A DNA stretch of 64,000 bases, from contig NC_091995.1 in the NCBI RefSeq assembly GCF_044704955.1, positions 13,516,001 through 13,580,000 on the forward strand, given 5' to 3'. This document shows, in pieces, positions 10,901 through 23,392 of this stretch (within the stretch, counting starts at the first letter, position 1; each line of letters opens with the position of its first letter). This DNA is from Pristiophorus japonicus (lineage: Eukaryota). A model generated the notes under the pieces. The model worked only from the letters and a program-made list of their open reading frames with translations. It did not search any database and had not been told where the DNA came from. Position numbers and translations under genes: made by a program.

Positions 10901-13783
10901 GGTCCAGAATCGACCGCCTGTATATATCCCGGGCGTACGTCTCCTGTGTTCCGGCAGCTTCTATGCGGCCGGTGCCGTGCTTGGACCGCCACCTGGTGTG
11001 GGCGGAGCTTGCTTCGCTCCACGCATGGGTGAGGTCCGCGTACTGGCATTTTAACAACCTGTTGCTGGAGGACGAGCGGTTCCGGGATTTGTTCCGTCGA
11101 TTCTGGACCAACTGGAGAAGGAAGGTGGGGGGGGGGGGGGGGGGGGGAAGGGGGGGCTTCAGCTCCTTGAAGTTATGGTGGGGCGTACGCGAGGGGGTCG
11201 ACCAAGAGGCGGGAGGCCAGGGTGGGGGCGCCTGGAGAAGGAGGTGCTCGACCTGAAGACCCGTCTTGGTCAAGTCGTCGAGGACCTGGCCCTGCGGACG
11301 GAGCACAAAGAGAAGACCGCGCTGAAGGACCTGCAGCTTGTCGGGTCCAGAGGTGCGTTCGTGAGGTCACGCACCCGGTTCCTCTGGGACCTGGACCTCG
11401 GCTCTCCCCTTCTACTCGCTGGAAAAAAGATGGTGGGTCCGTAAGCAGCTCTTGACGTTGCTGGCCGACGACAGATCTCTGGTCCCGGATCCAGAGGGCA
11501 TCAGTAACAGAGCCCGAGACTATTAAGGGGATCTGTTCTCTCCGGATCCGTCCAGCGACGAAGCACGCAGAGTTTTGTGGGAGGGCCTGCCGAAGGTTGG
11601 CCCAGAAGCCGGCGAAAATTTGAACGCTCCACTAGGCTTGGCGGAGCGGACCGGTGCCCTTGACCAGCTTTCGAGGGGAAAGTCCTCTTCTAAACTCTGC
11701 ACGCTTTCAGGTTCGGGACACATTTCGTTGCCCGGATCTGACTTTTGTACGCTGCCGTGGAGCGTCTGATTAAGGTTAACGGGTCTTTGACGGCGCCCCT
11801 TTGCTTTGGGAGAGGGGTGTGCCAGGGATGCCCCCATGTTTGGCCAGTTATATACAGTATGCGTGGAGCCTTTCCTGCGCAAGAGGTTGACGGGACTGGC
11901 TCTGCAAGGGCCGGGCGTGGAGGTCATCTCGGCTTATGCCGATGACGTGCTCCCCATGGTCACGCATCCCCTTGACCTGCGAGTGCCAGAAGATTTATTC
12001 GGCCGCATCCTCCACCAGGATCAACTGGAAGAACTGGTGGGTCAGTGGCAGGTAGACTCCCTGCCGGAGGAGTTCCGGTCTTTTGCCTGGAGCACGACCC
12101 ATCTCCTCTATCTGGGAGACCACATTAGCTCTGCCGAGGAAGCCTGGCCGGCGAACTGGCAAGAGCTGGAGACCAAGGTCGCCGCTCGCCTAGGGCGCTG
12201 GACAGGACTGCTCGGAGTGTTGTCCTACAGGGGTCGAGCGCTAGTCATAAATCAGCTGGTGGCCGCTATTCTGTGGTCACATTGACCCCTCTCCCTGCGT
12301 TTGTCATCAAGATATAGAAGAAGCTGGTCGATTTCTTCTGGAACAGGAAGCACTGGGTCTCTGCTGCGGCTCGGAGTCTTCCGCTTAGGGAGGGCGGTCA
12401 GGCGTTGGCGTGCTTGAGCATCTGGGCTGCGACTTTCTGTCTTCAGACCCTGCAGAGATACCTGCACATCGAGCACCCTCCTAGATGGTGTATGCTAGTG
12501 ACGTATTTCTTCCGCCAGCAGTACTCCCTCATGTATGACATGCAGCTCCTGTTTGTAAACCTGGAGGCATCCGTCCAGGCACGGGGTCTTTTACCAGGAA
12601 CTCATCAGGGTCTGGAACAAAGTTGCCACCAAGCACAGTTCTTCCCCATCTGGAGTGGCGGCTGTCCTTCGGGAGCCAGTGCTCAGGAATCCGTACCTCC
12701 ATGAGCGCGGTTTTAGGCGTCAGGCGGACGAGAGTGCTGCGTTTGGCAAGGTGACCAGGGTCAGGGACCTGCTCGATGGCGGAGGAGCGGGCTGGATGGC
12801 GCCAGAGGAGTTGGCATGGAGCCTATCCTGGGCCGACGTCCAGCGTGCGGCCAATGCCATCGAGTCGCTAAAAACAGCACTCCATTAGGTGTGTCGAGGA
12901 TGCTCAAGCATGTGGGGCGATCCCGTCCAAACTAACCCCTGTCCGGACGGAATTCCTCTGGCGCCAAGCCCCAAAACTTCCCTCGGAAGCCGGCGCCTCA
13001 CAACTTGAGTTTCCTCCGGGAAATCCCCTCCGTGCCTTTCAGATCTGCACGGAGGAGATTCCTGTACGGGCTGCCCTTGCACACTCTCCACTTTGCCACC
13101 CTAGTCTGTCGTCCGGACACGCCATGGCGCACCATCTTGCCGTCCGGAGGGGGCGGCAGTCCCTAGTAGACTGCTCTCTACGCGGGAGTCCTCCCTTTAT
13201 TTATTGGGGACTTGGCCTGGAGGGTGTTGCATGGGGCAGTCCCGTGTAATGGTTTATGGATTCCCAGGCCGCATGTAATTTCTGCTGTCTGGAAGTGTCT
13301 GTGTTCCATATTTACATCGAATGTGTGAGGTTGAAGCCCCTATTCCATTATTTGAAGGGGCTGCTCCTCAAATTCTGGTTGCTCCTCAGTCCCACGCTCC
13401 TGATCTTTGGGCATCCTGTGTGTAGGGGAGCGGGCAGGTCGGAAGGCCTCCTCGTAGGACTGCTCCTGGGCATGGCTAAGGTGGCCATTAACTGGTCCAA
13501 GCAGCAGGCGGGCGAGCGGGTCGTTCAGCCCGACTGCCTGCCTCTCTTCCACGGTTAAGTTCAAGCCAGAGAGCGTCCCTGGAGATGGAGCATGTGGTGT
13601 CCATCAGTACGCTCGTGGCCTTCTGCGAGAGATAGGTGCTGGAGGGACTGGAGTGCATCATCACCCCCGGCAACCAAATTTTAATTTGATTTGTTTTACG
13701 TCCAAAGTTTAATTTGTGAATTTGTCAGTTCTAGTGCCCCCTTTTAAGAGGGGCACTTGATTTATAGCTTTACTTAAAATAGT
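7959..13783 (+). mobile_element. Near full-length degenerate Tx1-clade LINE (ORF1 + APE/RT/CCHC ORF2)
   Basis: ORF1 remnant RIVISNVPPFVPSELL; APE remnants FLQE, GRDFNC, SRIDRLY, YWHFNNLLL; RT motif SAYADDV; C-terminal ACNFC..E.VFHIYIEC; many frameshifts; flanked by TGTAG at 7954-7958 and 13784-13788. Confidence 0.9.
10606..10885 (-). mobile_element. CR1 3' fragment nested in the Tx1 endonuclease region
   Basis: RGKPFRTEMRRNFFTRRVVNLWNSLP plus tail ttttctatgtttcta; interrupts Tx1 between FTWVRS and SRIDRL. Confidence 0.88.
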
Positions 13784-14010
13784 TGTAGAGCTGTTGAGTG
13801 AGAGTGGCTTAGCTATCATGTGATCTTCACAAGACTAAATAAAATCCCAGCCAGTTGGGTTCAGGGAATCCACGATGTAGCAGGGGGTTGTGAGCCTGAT
13901 GGATGAACTGGTAATGTGTAGTGTGATTGTTAAACCTTTTGCTGATAAACCAACTTGTTCTTAATAGCGATGTGTTGTTATGAATTCTTAAGCAAAGGAC
14001 CCATGAGCAA
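13784..14010 (+). repeat. LTR-like repeat interrupted by the Tx1 (left stub 7939-7958)
   Basis: Rejoined sequence begins TGTAAT and has AATAAAA and ATAAAC boxes; first about 30 nt recur at 48939; identity as an LTR is inference. Confidence 0.45.
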
Positions 14011-14937
14011 ACGATACAAAGATGGGAGGAAAAGCAATGTGTGAGGAGGATGCAAAAAACCTGCAAAAGAACATAGACAGGCTAAGTGAGTGGGCAAAAA
14101 ATTTGGTAGATGGAGTATAATGTTGGAAAGTGTGAGGTCATTCACTTTGGCAGAAAATAAATCAAAGAGGTTATTATTTAAATGGAGAAAAATTGCAAAG
14201 TGCTGCAGTATAGCAGGACTGGGGGTACTTGTGCATGAAACACAAAAGGTTAGTATGCAGGTACAGCAAGTGATCAGGAAGGCCAATGGAATCTTGGCCT
14301 TTATTGCAATGGAAATGGAGTATAAAAAAAAGGGAAGTCTTGCTACAGTTATACAGGGTATTGATGAGGCCTACCTGGAATACTGTGTACAGTTTTGGTT
14401 TCCATATTTAAGAAAGCATATACTTGCTTTGGAGGCAGTTCAGAGGAGGTTCACTCGGTTGATTCCAGAGATGAGGGAGTTGATTTATGAGGAAAGGTTG
14501 AGAAAGTTGGGCCTCTACTCATTGGAATTCAGAAGAATGAGAGGTAGTCTTATCGAAACGTATAAGATTATGAGGAGGCTTGACAAGTTGGATGCAGAGA
14601 GGATGTTTCCACTGATAGGGGAGACTAGAACTAGGGGGCATAATCTTTGAATAAGGGGCCGCCCATTTAAAACTGAGATGACAACTGATGATTTGTCAGA
14701 GGATTGTAAATCTGTGGAATTTGCTAATTCAGAGAGCTGTAGAAGCCGGGACATTGAATAAATTTAAGACAGAAATTGACAGTTTCTTAACCAATAAGGG
14801 ACTAAGGGGTTATGTGGAGCGGGCAGGGAAAGTGGACTTGAGTCCATGATCGGATCAGCCATGATCATATTAAATGGCGGAACAGGCTCGAAGGGCCTTA
14901 TGGCCTACTCCTGCTCCTATTTCTTATGTTCTTATGA
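14011..14937 (+). mobile_element. CR1 3' fragment
   Basis: LEYCVQFW, VQRRFTRLIP, LGLYSLEFRRMRG; tail ttcttatgttcttatg. Confidence 0.9.
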
Positions 14938-15234
14938 AGAAAATACATTACAGGACCTATGATGGCCGAAGCTTTCCATCACTGGAGTTTTCCTTGCATC
15001 ATGTCTGCGTCTATTGTAGACTAATTGAGAGACTGATTGCTAGGAATAGCCAACAGCTGCATTATTCCATGCGACTACCTAGAAGGTGAACTAGATGGAC
15101 CTTGGTCTTTTCTCATTTAGCAATTCCCATGTTCTTGATAGCATCAGCAAAACCAGTTAACCCCTACTTGCTCTTTTAATAGAAATACGTAGGAAGCAAG
15201 TTTTCAACTTCATGTTCAGGTTAGGTTTGTTGAG

Positions 15235-15594
15235 AAAATGTTTTTAACCAAAACTGTGTTTAAAATCATGAAGGGTGTAGATAGAGTAAATAAAGAGAAA
15301 CTGATTCCAATGTCTGAAGGGTCAATAACCAGAGGACACAGATTTAAGGTGATTGGCAAAAGAACCAGAGGCGACGCAAGGAAAAACTCTTTTATGCAGT
15401 GAGTGGTTAGGATTTGGAATGCACTGCCTGATAGGGTGGTGGATATAGATTCAATAGTAGCCTTCAAAGGGGAATTGGATAAATACTTGGAGAAACATTT
15501 GCAGGGATATGGGGAAAGAGCAGGGGAGGGGGGAATGCTCTTCGAAAGAGCCGGCGCAGACTCGATGGGCTGAATGGCCTCCTTCTGTGCTGTA
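15235..15594 (+). mobile_element. CR1 3' fragment (other subfamily)
   Basis: accagaggacacagatttaaggtgattggc...gggctgaatggcctccttctgtgctgta; remainder of tail resumes near 16155 after the RTE-tailed insertion. Confidence 0.75.
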
Positions 15595-16155
15595 CGGAAA
15601 TCGGCGCGGTTTCGGCCTGCAAGACCATCAGCAGGTCGGGGCCATTGGAGGGAGCAGCGTACGGCGGCATACCACTGCAGGGAGCAGCGCGTGCTGCTGC
15701 AGGAGAGCGACGGCTGCGAAGCCAGGTCACTGACTGCAGTGCGGGCAGGCACAGCAGGAGGGGCGAAGGAGCGGCAAGAGTCCGTAGAGGGAAGTGACCG
15801 GGGCCTAGGAGAGGCGTGAATCTGGGATCGAGAAAAGGCGAGGGCCCAGGGGCAGCACGGGCCAGCTCACACTGAGATGTGTGCGCACGCTCGGTCTGTG
15901 CAGCAGAGCTGGTCTCCAGTTAGTTTTGGGTAATCCTTGCCACTGGACCAAGACCTAGCTCTTTCAAGCCCGTGTGGTGGCTGGTGTGCAACGGTCACCA
16001 CACGTTAAAAAAATCCACGCACAGGCATCTTCCACCCTTCACGATGTAGTCCGGGATCTGGAATATTAGGTCCTCCATTTAAACACCTGTGAACTCATCC
16101 TTTTTTGGCGTGGGAGCAAGTCATCCTCGCTTCGAGGGACTGCTTATGATGATGA
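15595..16155 (+). mobile_element. RTE-tailed non-coding retroelement, copy B
   Basis: As copy A; ends tatgatgatga. Confidence 0.8.
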
Positions 16156-16279
16156 TTCTATGATACAGCACTAAAACACCACATACAGAAATGTAACATG
16201 TATCAAGAGTTCGACATAAAGAAGCAGAGTCAAATCAGTGAGCAAAATATTCTGTACTGTACAAGGCAAAGTCACTTAC

Positions 16280-16375
16280 CAAGATATCCTCCAGCAGGCC
16301 CTCGTATTTGATTTTCGCTAGATTGCGCTTATCAATCATGGCTTGTAGTTTGGTCACAGATTTCTGAAGTTGTGC
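16280..16375 (-). CDS. TRIM coding exon 3 (coiled-coil, 96 nt)
   Basis: ccttttgcttag|GCA...TTG|gtaagt; AQLQKSVTKLQAMIDKRNLAKIKYEGLLEDIL; a 96-nt phase 0-0 exon is typical of class IV TRIM genes; too short for the ORF track. Confidence 0.88.
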
Positions 16376-16629
16376 CTAAGCAAAAGGATTAAAGCAGTGT
16401 TTTGAAGGCATGCCGGAGCAGGAGATGCAGCAATATTACAACAGGAACTTGGTGAAGTTTTTAAAAAGTGATGTTAGTGCTGGGGAATGGCACTCTTTCA
16501 AATTCAAACACCAGGTACCATTATCAAGCACTCCTAAATTCTCAAAAGCACCAAATGTGACTCTTCTGGATTCCATACCAGCCATCCTGTGGCCTTTATG
16601 ACTAATCATATAATCACAACACAGAAGGA

Positions 16630-18300
16630 GACTATTCTTAGCTGGAACAGCCACAAAAATACTATGGTAACAAGAGCAGGTCAGAGGCTGGGTATTCTGT
16701 GGTGGGTGTCTCACCTCCTGTCTCCCCAAAGCCTTTCCACCATCTACAAGACACAAGTCAGCAGTGTGATGGAATACTCTCCACTTGCCTGGATGTGTAC
16801 AGCTCCAACAACGTCAAGGAGCTCGACACCATCCAGGACAAAGCAGCCCACTTGATTGGCACCCCATCCACCGCCTTCAACATTCACTTCCTCCACCACC
16901 GGCGCACCGTGGCTGCAGTGTGCACCATCTACAAGGTGCAATTCAGCAACTCGCCAAGGCTTCTTCAACTGCACCTTCCAAACCCCCGACCTCGACCACC
17001 GAGTAGGACAAGGGCAGCAGGCGCATGGGAACATCACCACCTCCACGTTCCCCTCCAAGTTACATACTATCCTGACTTGGAAATATCTTGCTGTCCCTTC
17101 ATCGTCACTGGGTCAAAACCTTGGAATTCCCTCCCCAACAGCACTGAGGGCCCAAGTTTCCACACGAAAAAAAACGGGTGCCCCTCCGAGCTGGGCGCCC
17201 GTTTTTCGCGCCTAAAAAAAAAAAAAAATTGCGATTCTGGAGCGTTCTGCAGCTCCTTGCCTGCCTGGTGCGGCGCCCAGGGGGGGCGGAGCCTACACTC
17301 GCACAGATTTTGTAAGTGGGAGGGGGCGGGTACCATTTAAATTAGTTTTTTTTCCTGCCGGCAACGCTACGCGTGCGCGTTGGAGCGTTCGCGCAGTGTG
17401 AAAAATACATTGGCACTCGGCCATTTTTGTAGTTCTTTGTAGCTGTTTAATTTTTGAACATTTTTAAATAAAAGCACATTGCCATCAGCACTGAGCCCCC
17501 CCCCCCCCCCCTCCCCCCTCCCCGCTCAGCGGCAACGAACGGCTGTCTCTTCCTCCCCCCACCCCCCGCTCAGCGGCAACAAATGGCTGTCTCTTCTCCC
17601 ATCTCCCCCCCCCTCCGCTCAGCGGCAACAAACGGCTTTCTCCTCCCCCACCCCCTCTTCCCGCTCAGCGGCAACGAACGGCTGCAGAATTCTCCCTGGC
17701 TGAAGCACTTTCACACAGGTAGGAAGATGGTTTATTTAATCTTTTCTTTGCTTATAAATGTTTATTCAGGTTGGATTTATTTGTAGAAGTATAAATAAGG
17801 ATTTATTGTAGAATTTAATGAGTTCCCTTCCCCCCCCCCCCCCCCACCTCGTTCTGGACGCCTAATTTGTAACCTGCGCCTGATTTTTTTAATGTGTAGA
17901 ACAGGTTTTTTCAGTTCTACAAAAATCTTCACTTGCTCCATTTTAAGTTAGTTTGGAGTACGTTTTCACTGTGGAAACTTTGAAATCAGGCGTCAGTGGC
18001 CGGACACACCCCCTTTTGAAGAAAAAATTCTGTTCCAAAGTAGAACTGTTCTACCTGACTAGAACTGCAGAAAAAAAAAATGTGGAGAATTGCGATTTCT
18101 AAGATAGTCCGTTCTCCACCAGTTGCTCCTAAAAATCAGGCGCAAATCATGTGGAAACTTGGGCCCTAAAAGTGTACCTGCACCCTAAGGACTGCAGCAG
18201 TTCAAGGCGGCGGCTCACCACCACCTTCTCAAGGGCAATTAGGGATGGGCAGTAAATGTTGACCTAGTCAGTAATGCCCACATCCCAGGAACAAATAATA
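16630..18300 (+). mobile_element. CR1/L2-group LINE 3' fragment interrupted by a MITE
   Basis: IYKTQVSSVMEYSPLAW, LDTIQDKAAHLI, HRRTVAA, WNSLP; resumes at 18167 and ends gggcaattagggatgggc. Confidence 0.75.
17148..18166. mobile_element. Non-autonomous DNA transposon (PIF/Harbinger-like MITE)
   Basis: Perfect 17-bp TIRs GGGCCCAAGTTTCCACA / TGTGGAAACTTGGGCCC; flanks TGA and TAA (3-bp TWA-like TSD, one mismatch); internal four-copy repeat ccgctcagcggcaac at 17520-17685. Confidence 0.8.
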
Positions 18301-18954
18301 CAAAAATAAAAATTTGGCCCATCGTGCGTGTGCCGGCTCTTTGGTAGAGTTAACCAATTAGTCTCACTCACCCCGCTCTTTCCCCATAGACTTGCACTTT
18401 TTTCCCCTTTTCCAAGCTCATCTCCAAGTAACTTTTGTAAGTTATCATTGATCCTGCTTCAACCATCCTTTCAGGTAGTACGTTCGTCACAGCAACTCGC
18501 TGCGCAAAAAAAAATTCTCATCTCTCCCCTCCTCTTCCACCCCACCCCTCCCCCCACACACACACACACACCAAAGACTGCCAAGAAGTGCTGAAATAGG
18601 GACAGTTCTGTGCAATGTTCTGCAAACAGCAGATAATGATGATGTTCACTCCATCAGACTGGCCTAGATTGGGACCCAGGCCTGAAGTGAAAGTGTGTGT
18701 GCCCACTGTACCACCCACGTACAGAAACTTAATCAGAATAGAAACAAAATGTGTCACTCGGCAATGAGGTGAACGACCCGTGAATCTATTTTGGCAGTGT
18801 TGGCAGAAGGAAAATGTTGGCCAGGACATCAGAAGAACTCCCCGCATTTTTTCCCAAACGATCCTTTACGTCCATCAAAACCAAGAGAGAAGTGACCTCA
18901 GTTCTAACGTCTCAGTTGAAGGACAGCCTTGCCTGCAAGGCAGCGCTCCTTCGG

Positions 18955-19405
18955 TGTCAGCTGTGGCTCAGTGTGTAGCACCCTCGACTCGGAGTTAGAA
19001 GGTTGTTGGTTTAAGTCCCTCTCCAGAGACTTGGGCACAACAATCTAGACAGACATTCCAGTATAGTGCTGAGGGAATGCTGCACTGTCGGAGGTGTCAT
19101 CTTTCAGATAAGACGTTAAACCGAGGCCTCGTCAGCGCTCTCAGGTGGATGTAAAAGATCCCATGGCACTATTTCGAAGAAGAACAGGGGAGTTATCCCC
19201 GGTGTCCTGGCCAAAATTTACCCTCAATCAACACAACACAAACAGATGATCTGGTCATTATCACATTGGTGTTTGTGGGAGCTGACTGTATGCAAATTGG
19301 CTGCCACATTTCAACAGTGTCGAGACTTCAAAAAAGTACTTCATTGGCTGTAAAGCACTTTGGGATGTCTGGTGGTTGTGAAATGCGCTATATAAATGAT
19401 TCCTT
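18955..19405 (+). mobile_element. tRNA-derived SINE with Deu-like core (SacSINE1-like), full length
   Basis: A box tggctcagtgtgt, B box ggtttaagtcc; core gaggtgtcatctttcagataagacgttaaaccgaggc...aaaagatcccatggcactatttcgaagaag. Confidence 0.75.
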
Positions 19406-19588
19406 CTGGGCCACCAGCCTGGATTGTTCACTCAGTTCCAGTGACGTACCAGATGACTGCTGCTGTGGACCAAATGAACCCCAGTGTGAGCCAGCACCTT
19501 CAGGAGAGCAGGGGGGGTGGGGGGGGGGAATTAATACAATAAAAAATAATTGCCAGCTGGGAGATGAGGGGGAGATCATACTCTGTAC

Positions 19589-19892
19589 CTTGAACTCTTC
19601 CGCAGCCTCTTGCACGTTGAGGACGTCGTGATGCAAGTGCTTCCTCGAGTCCCGGCAGTCCAGGCAGATAACCTCGCAGTCAGTGACACAGAAGCGCTCC
19701 ATTTTCTTCCGGTGCTCCGGACACATGTGCTGACCAGGCGCAGTCTCCTCCAGCCGCGCATGCTCTCTGCAGATCGTCGCCACGATGTTGGAGAGCTTGC
19801 GGTTACTCTTCAATGTGCTCGACATCGAGACATCGGAGCAAACTGCGCAAACGGGCTGACCTTGCTGCTCCCAGTGCTTGGTAATGCAGTCC
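19589..19892 (-). CDS. TRIM coding exon 2 (rest of RING plus B-box type 2)
   Basis: Acceptor ctctgttcacag|G; encodes (R)DCITKHWEQQGQPVCAVC...NRKLSNIV...CPEHRKKMERFCVTDCEVICLDCRDSRKHLHH...EAAEEFK; donor AAG|GTACAG; 304 nt restores phase 0. Confidence 0.92.
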
Positions 19893-20904
19893 CTGTGAAC
19901 AGAGATGGCGAATACAGTGAATTGCCGCGTGGAGTACAGAATACTAATTTAGACGAGTGTTGTTTTTAAAACTTAAAAGTAACTATTTTCAGACTAGGGT
20001 AATAGAAACACAAATACATACCAGGAGACTTCCACCATTTATCTTTGGGGACCACTGAGGCCACATACCAAGGAGCCTTGTGATAAGATCAGACTTACAT
20101 TTATACAGCGCTTTACACAATCTCAGGATATCTCAAAGCGATTTACAGCCAATGAAGGATGTTGGAAATCCAGTCACTGTTGTAACGTAGGAAACGCGGC
20201 AGCCAATTTGAGCACAGCAAGCTCCCACAAACGGCACTGAGATAATGACCAAATAATCTGTTTTAGTGATGTTGGTTTGAGAGATAAATATTGCCCCAGG
20301 ACACCAGGAATTACTCACCTATTCTTCGAAATGGCGCCGTGGGATCTTTTACGTCCACCCGAGGGGGCTTTGGTTTAACGTCTGATCCGAAAGACAGCAC
20401 CGCCAACAGTGCTCAGCCTGGATTTGGTGCCAACCCACAACCCACAGAGACAAGAATGCTATCACTTCGGCTGATACTTGTGAGTCACATATAAAGTCTA
20501 AACCCTGGTTCTCATCGGTGTGCATTATCTTGAACTGTGAATGCCAACATGTCTCAGAGCTCCAATTCAGGAATTCCACTCCCAATGAGGCAGCCACGAA
20601 GAAATGTCCATTTCAAATTTCCAGGGCCACAGAATTCCTGCAGGATTAAGCAAGAAATAAAAATGCAAATGGAAACACTGCTGCTGAGGCTTCATGAGCC
20701 AGTCGTCAGGAGCCATGCATGACCCACAATCTGTAGTTTGGACACCACAGACTTTTATAGACCCTTACAGTGCTGTAGCCTTGCAGTACAGTACTTGCCT
20801 GGAAGCTATTAGGATTCTGGGGGATATGCACATCAATGCAGCCTCTCCCACTGCTAAATTTCAGGCTCCCAAATATCTCCATTCATGCTCACCACTAAAG
20901 CCGT

Positions 20905-22883
20905 TTCCATTGAATGCAAGGAAAAGGCATATAAATTGGCCAGAAAAAGCAGCAAACCTGAGGACTGGGAGAATTTTTTAATTCAGCAGAGGAGGACAAA
21001 GGGTTTAATTAGGAGGGGGGAAATGGAGAACGAGGGGAAGCTTGCTGGGAACATAAAAACTGTCTGCAAAAGCTTCTATAGGAATGTGAAGAGAAAAAGA
21101 TTAGTGAAGACAAACGTAGGTCCCCTGCAGTCAGATTCAGGTGTATTTATAATGGCAAACAAAGACATGGCGGACCAGTTGAACAAATACTTTGGTTCCG
21201 TTTTCACGAAGGAAGAAACAAATAACCTTCTGGAAATGCTAGGGGTCCGAGTATGAAGGAGGAACTGAAAGAAATCCTTATTAGGCGGGAAATTGATGGT
21301 ATTGAAGGCCGATAAATCCCCGGGGCCTGATAGTCTGCATCCCAGAGTACTTAAGGAAGTGGTCCTAGAAATAGTGGAGACATTGGTGATAAATTTTCCA
21401 ATAGTCTATTGACTCTGGATCAGTTCCTATGGACTGGAGGTTAGCAAATGTAACACCACTTTTTAAGAAAAGAGGGAGAGAGAAAACGAGTAATTATAGA
21501 CCGGTTAGCCTGACATCAGTAGCGGGGAAAATGTTGGAATCAATTATTAAAAGATGAAATAGCAGCGCATTTGGAAAGCGGTGACAGGATCGGTCCAAGT
21601 CAGCATGGATTTATGAAAGGGAAATCATGCTTGACAAATCTAGAATTTTTTGAGGATGTAACTGGTAGAGTGGACAAGGGAGAACCAGTGTATGTGGTGT
21701 ATTTGGACTTTCAAAAGGCTTTTGACAAGGTCCCACACAAGAGGTTGGTGTGCAAAATTAAAGCACATGGTATTGGGGGTAATGTACTGACGTGGATAGA
21801 GAACTGGTTGGCAGACAGGAAGCAGAGAGTCGGGATAAATGGGTCCTTTTCACAATGGCAGGCAGTGACCAGTGGGGTGCCGCAGGGCTCAGTGCTGGGA
21901 CTCCAGCTATTTACAATATATATTCATGATTTAGATGAAGGAATTGAGTGTAATATCTCCAAATTTGCAGATGACACTAAGCTGGGTGACGGTGTGAGCT
22001 GTGAGAAGGACGCTAAAAGGCTACAGGGTGACTTGGACAGGTTAGGTGAGTGGGCAAACACATAGCAAATGCAATGTAATGTGGATAAATGTGAGGTTAT
22101 CCACTTTGGTGGCAAAAACAGCAAGACAGATTATCTGAATGGCGGCAGATTAAGAAAAGGGGAGGTGCAACGAGACCTGGGTGTCATGGTACATCAGTCA
22201 ATGAAAGTTGACATGCAGGTACAGCAGGTGGTGAAGGCAGCAAATGGTATGTTGGCCTTCATAGCTAGGGGATTTGGGCATAGGAGCAGGGAGGTCTTAC
22301 TGCAGATGTACAGGGCCTTGGTGAGGCCTCACCTGGAATATTGTGTTCAGTTTTAGTCTCCTAATCTGAGGAAGGACATTCTTGCTATTGAGGGAGTGCA
22401 GCGAAGGTTCACCAGACTGATTCCCGGGATGGCAGGACTGACATATGACGAGAGACTGGATCAACTGGGCCTGTATTCACTGGAGTTTAGAAGGATGAGA
22501 GGGGATCTCATAGAAACAGATAAAATTCTGACGGGACTGGACAGGTTAGATGCGGGAAGAATGTTCCCGATGTTGGCGAAGTCCAGAACTAGGGGACATA
22601 ATCTAAGGATAAGGGGTAAGCCATTTAGGACTGAGATGAAGAGAAACTTCTTCACTCAGAGTTGTTAACCTGCGGAATGCCCTACCGCAGAGAGTTGTTG
22701 ATGCCAGTTCATTGGATATAGTCAAGAGTTAGATGTGGCCCTTATGGCTAAAATGATCAAGAGGTATGGAGAGGAAGCAGGAAAGGGGTACTGAGGTGAA
22801 TGATTAGCCATGATCTTATTGAATGGTGGAGCAGGCTCGAAGGGCCGAATGGCCTACTCCTGCACCTATTTTCTATGTTTCTA
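20905..22883 (+). mobile_element. CR1 LINE, 5'-truncated, RT region
   Basis: QHGFMKGKSCLTNL, YLDFQKAFDKV, KFADDTK; tail ttttctatgtttcta. Confidence 0.92.
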
Positions 22884-23190
22884 ACATAAGAAATAGGAGC
22901 AGGAGTGGGCCATATGGCCTGTGAACCTGCTCTGCCATTCAGTATCATGGTTGATCTTCAACCTCAACTCCACTTTCATGCCCGATCCCCATATCTTTAA
23001 TTCCCTTTGTGCCCAAAAATTATTCTATTTCAGCCTTGAATATATTCAACAACTCAGAATCCACAGACCCCTGGGGTAGAGAATTCTAAAGATTCACAAC
23101 CCTCTGAGTGAAGAAATTCCTCCTCATCCCAGTCCTGAGACTGTGCCCCCTTGTTCTAGACTATCCAGCCAGGGGAAACAACCTGTCAGG
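22884..23190 (-). mobile_element. CR1 3' fragment, tail-to-tail with the previous element
   Basis: acataagaaataggagcaggagt... is a reverse-complement CR1 tail. Confidence 0.8.
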
Positions 23191-23392
23191 TAAGCTTGCA
23201 ACTCCTGCAAGTCTGGTGAGTGAAGTGACAGAGCTGGCATGCCTTTGGGTTAAAAATACACCCTTGTAACAAATGGAAGTAGTACAGGATAACAACCTGA
23301 CCTCTCTGATTGACATTAAGTGCACCCTGCTGTACATTATTTATTTCAGGCTAAATAATAACCACTATATTTATACAGAAGCAAAATAAATC

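Noticed and set aside
18955-19030. tRNA gene
   Set aside because: A/B boxes belong to a SINE head; no acceptor stem, and the sequence continues into the SINE core
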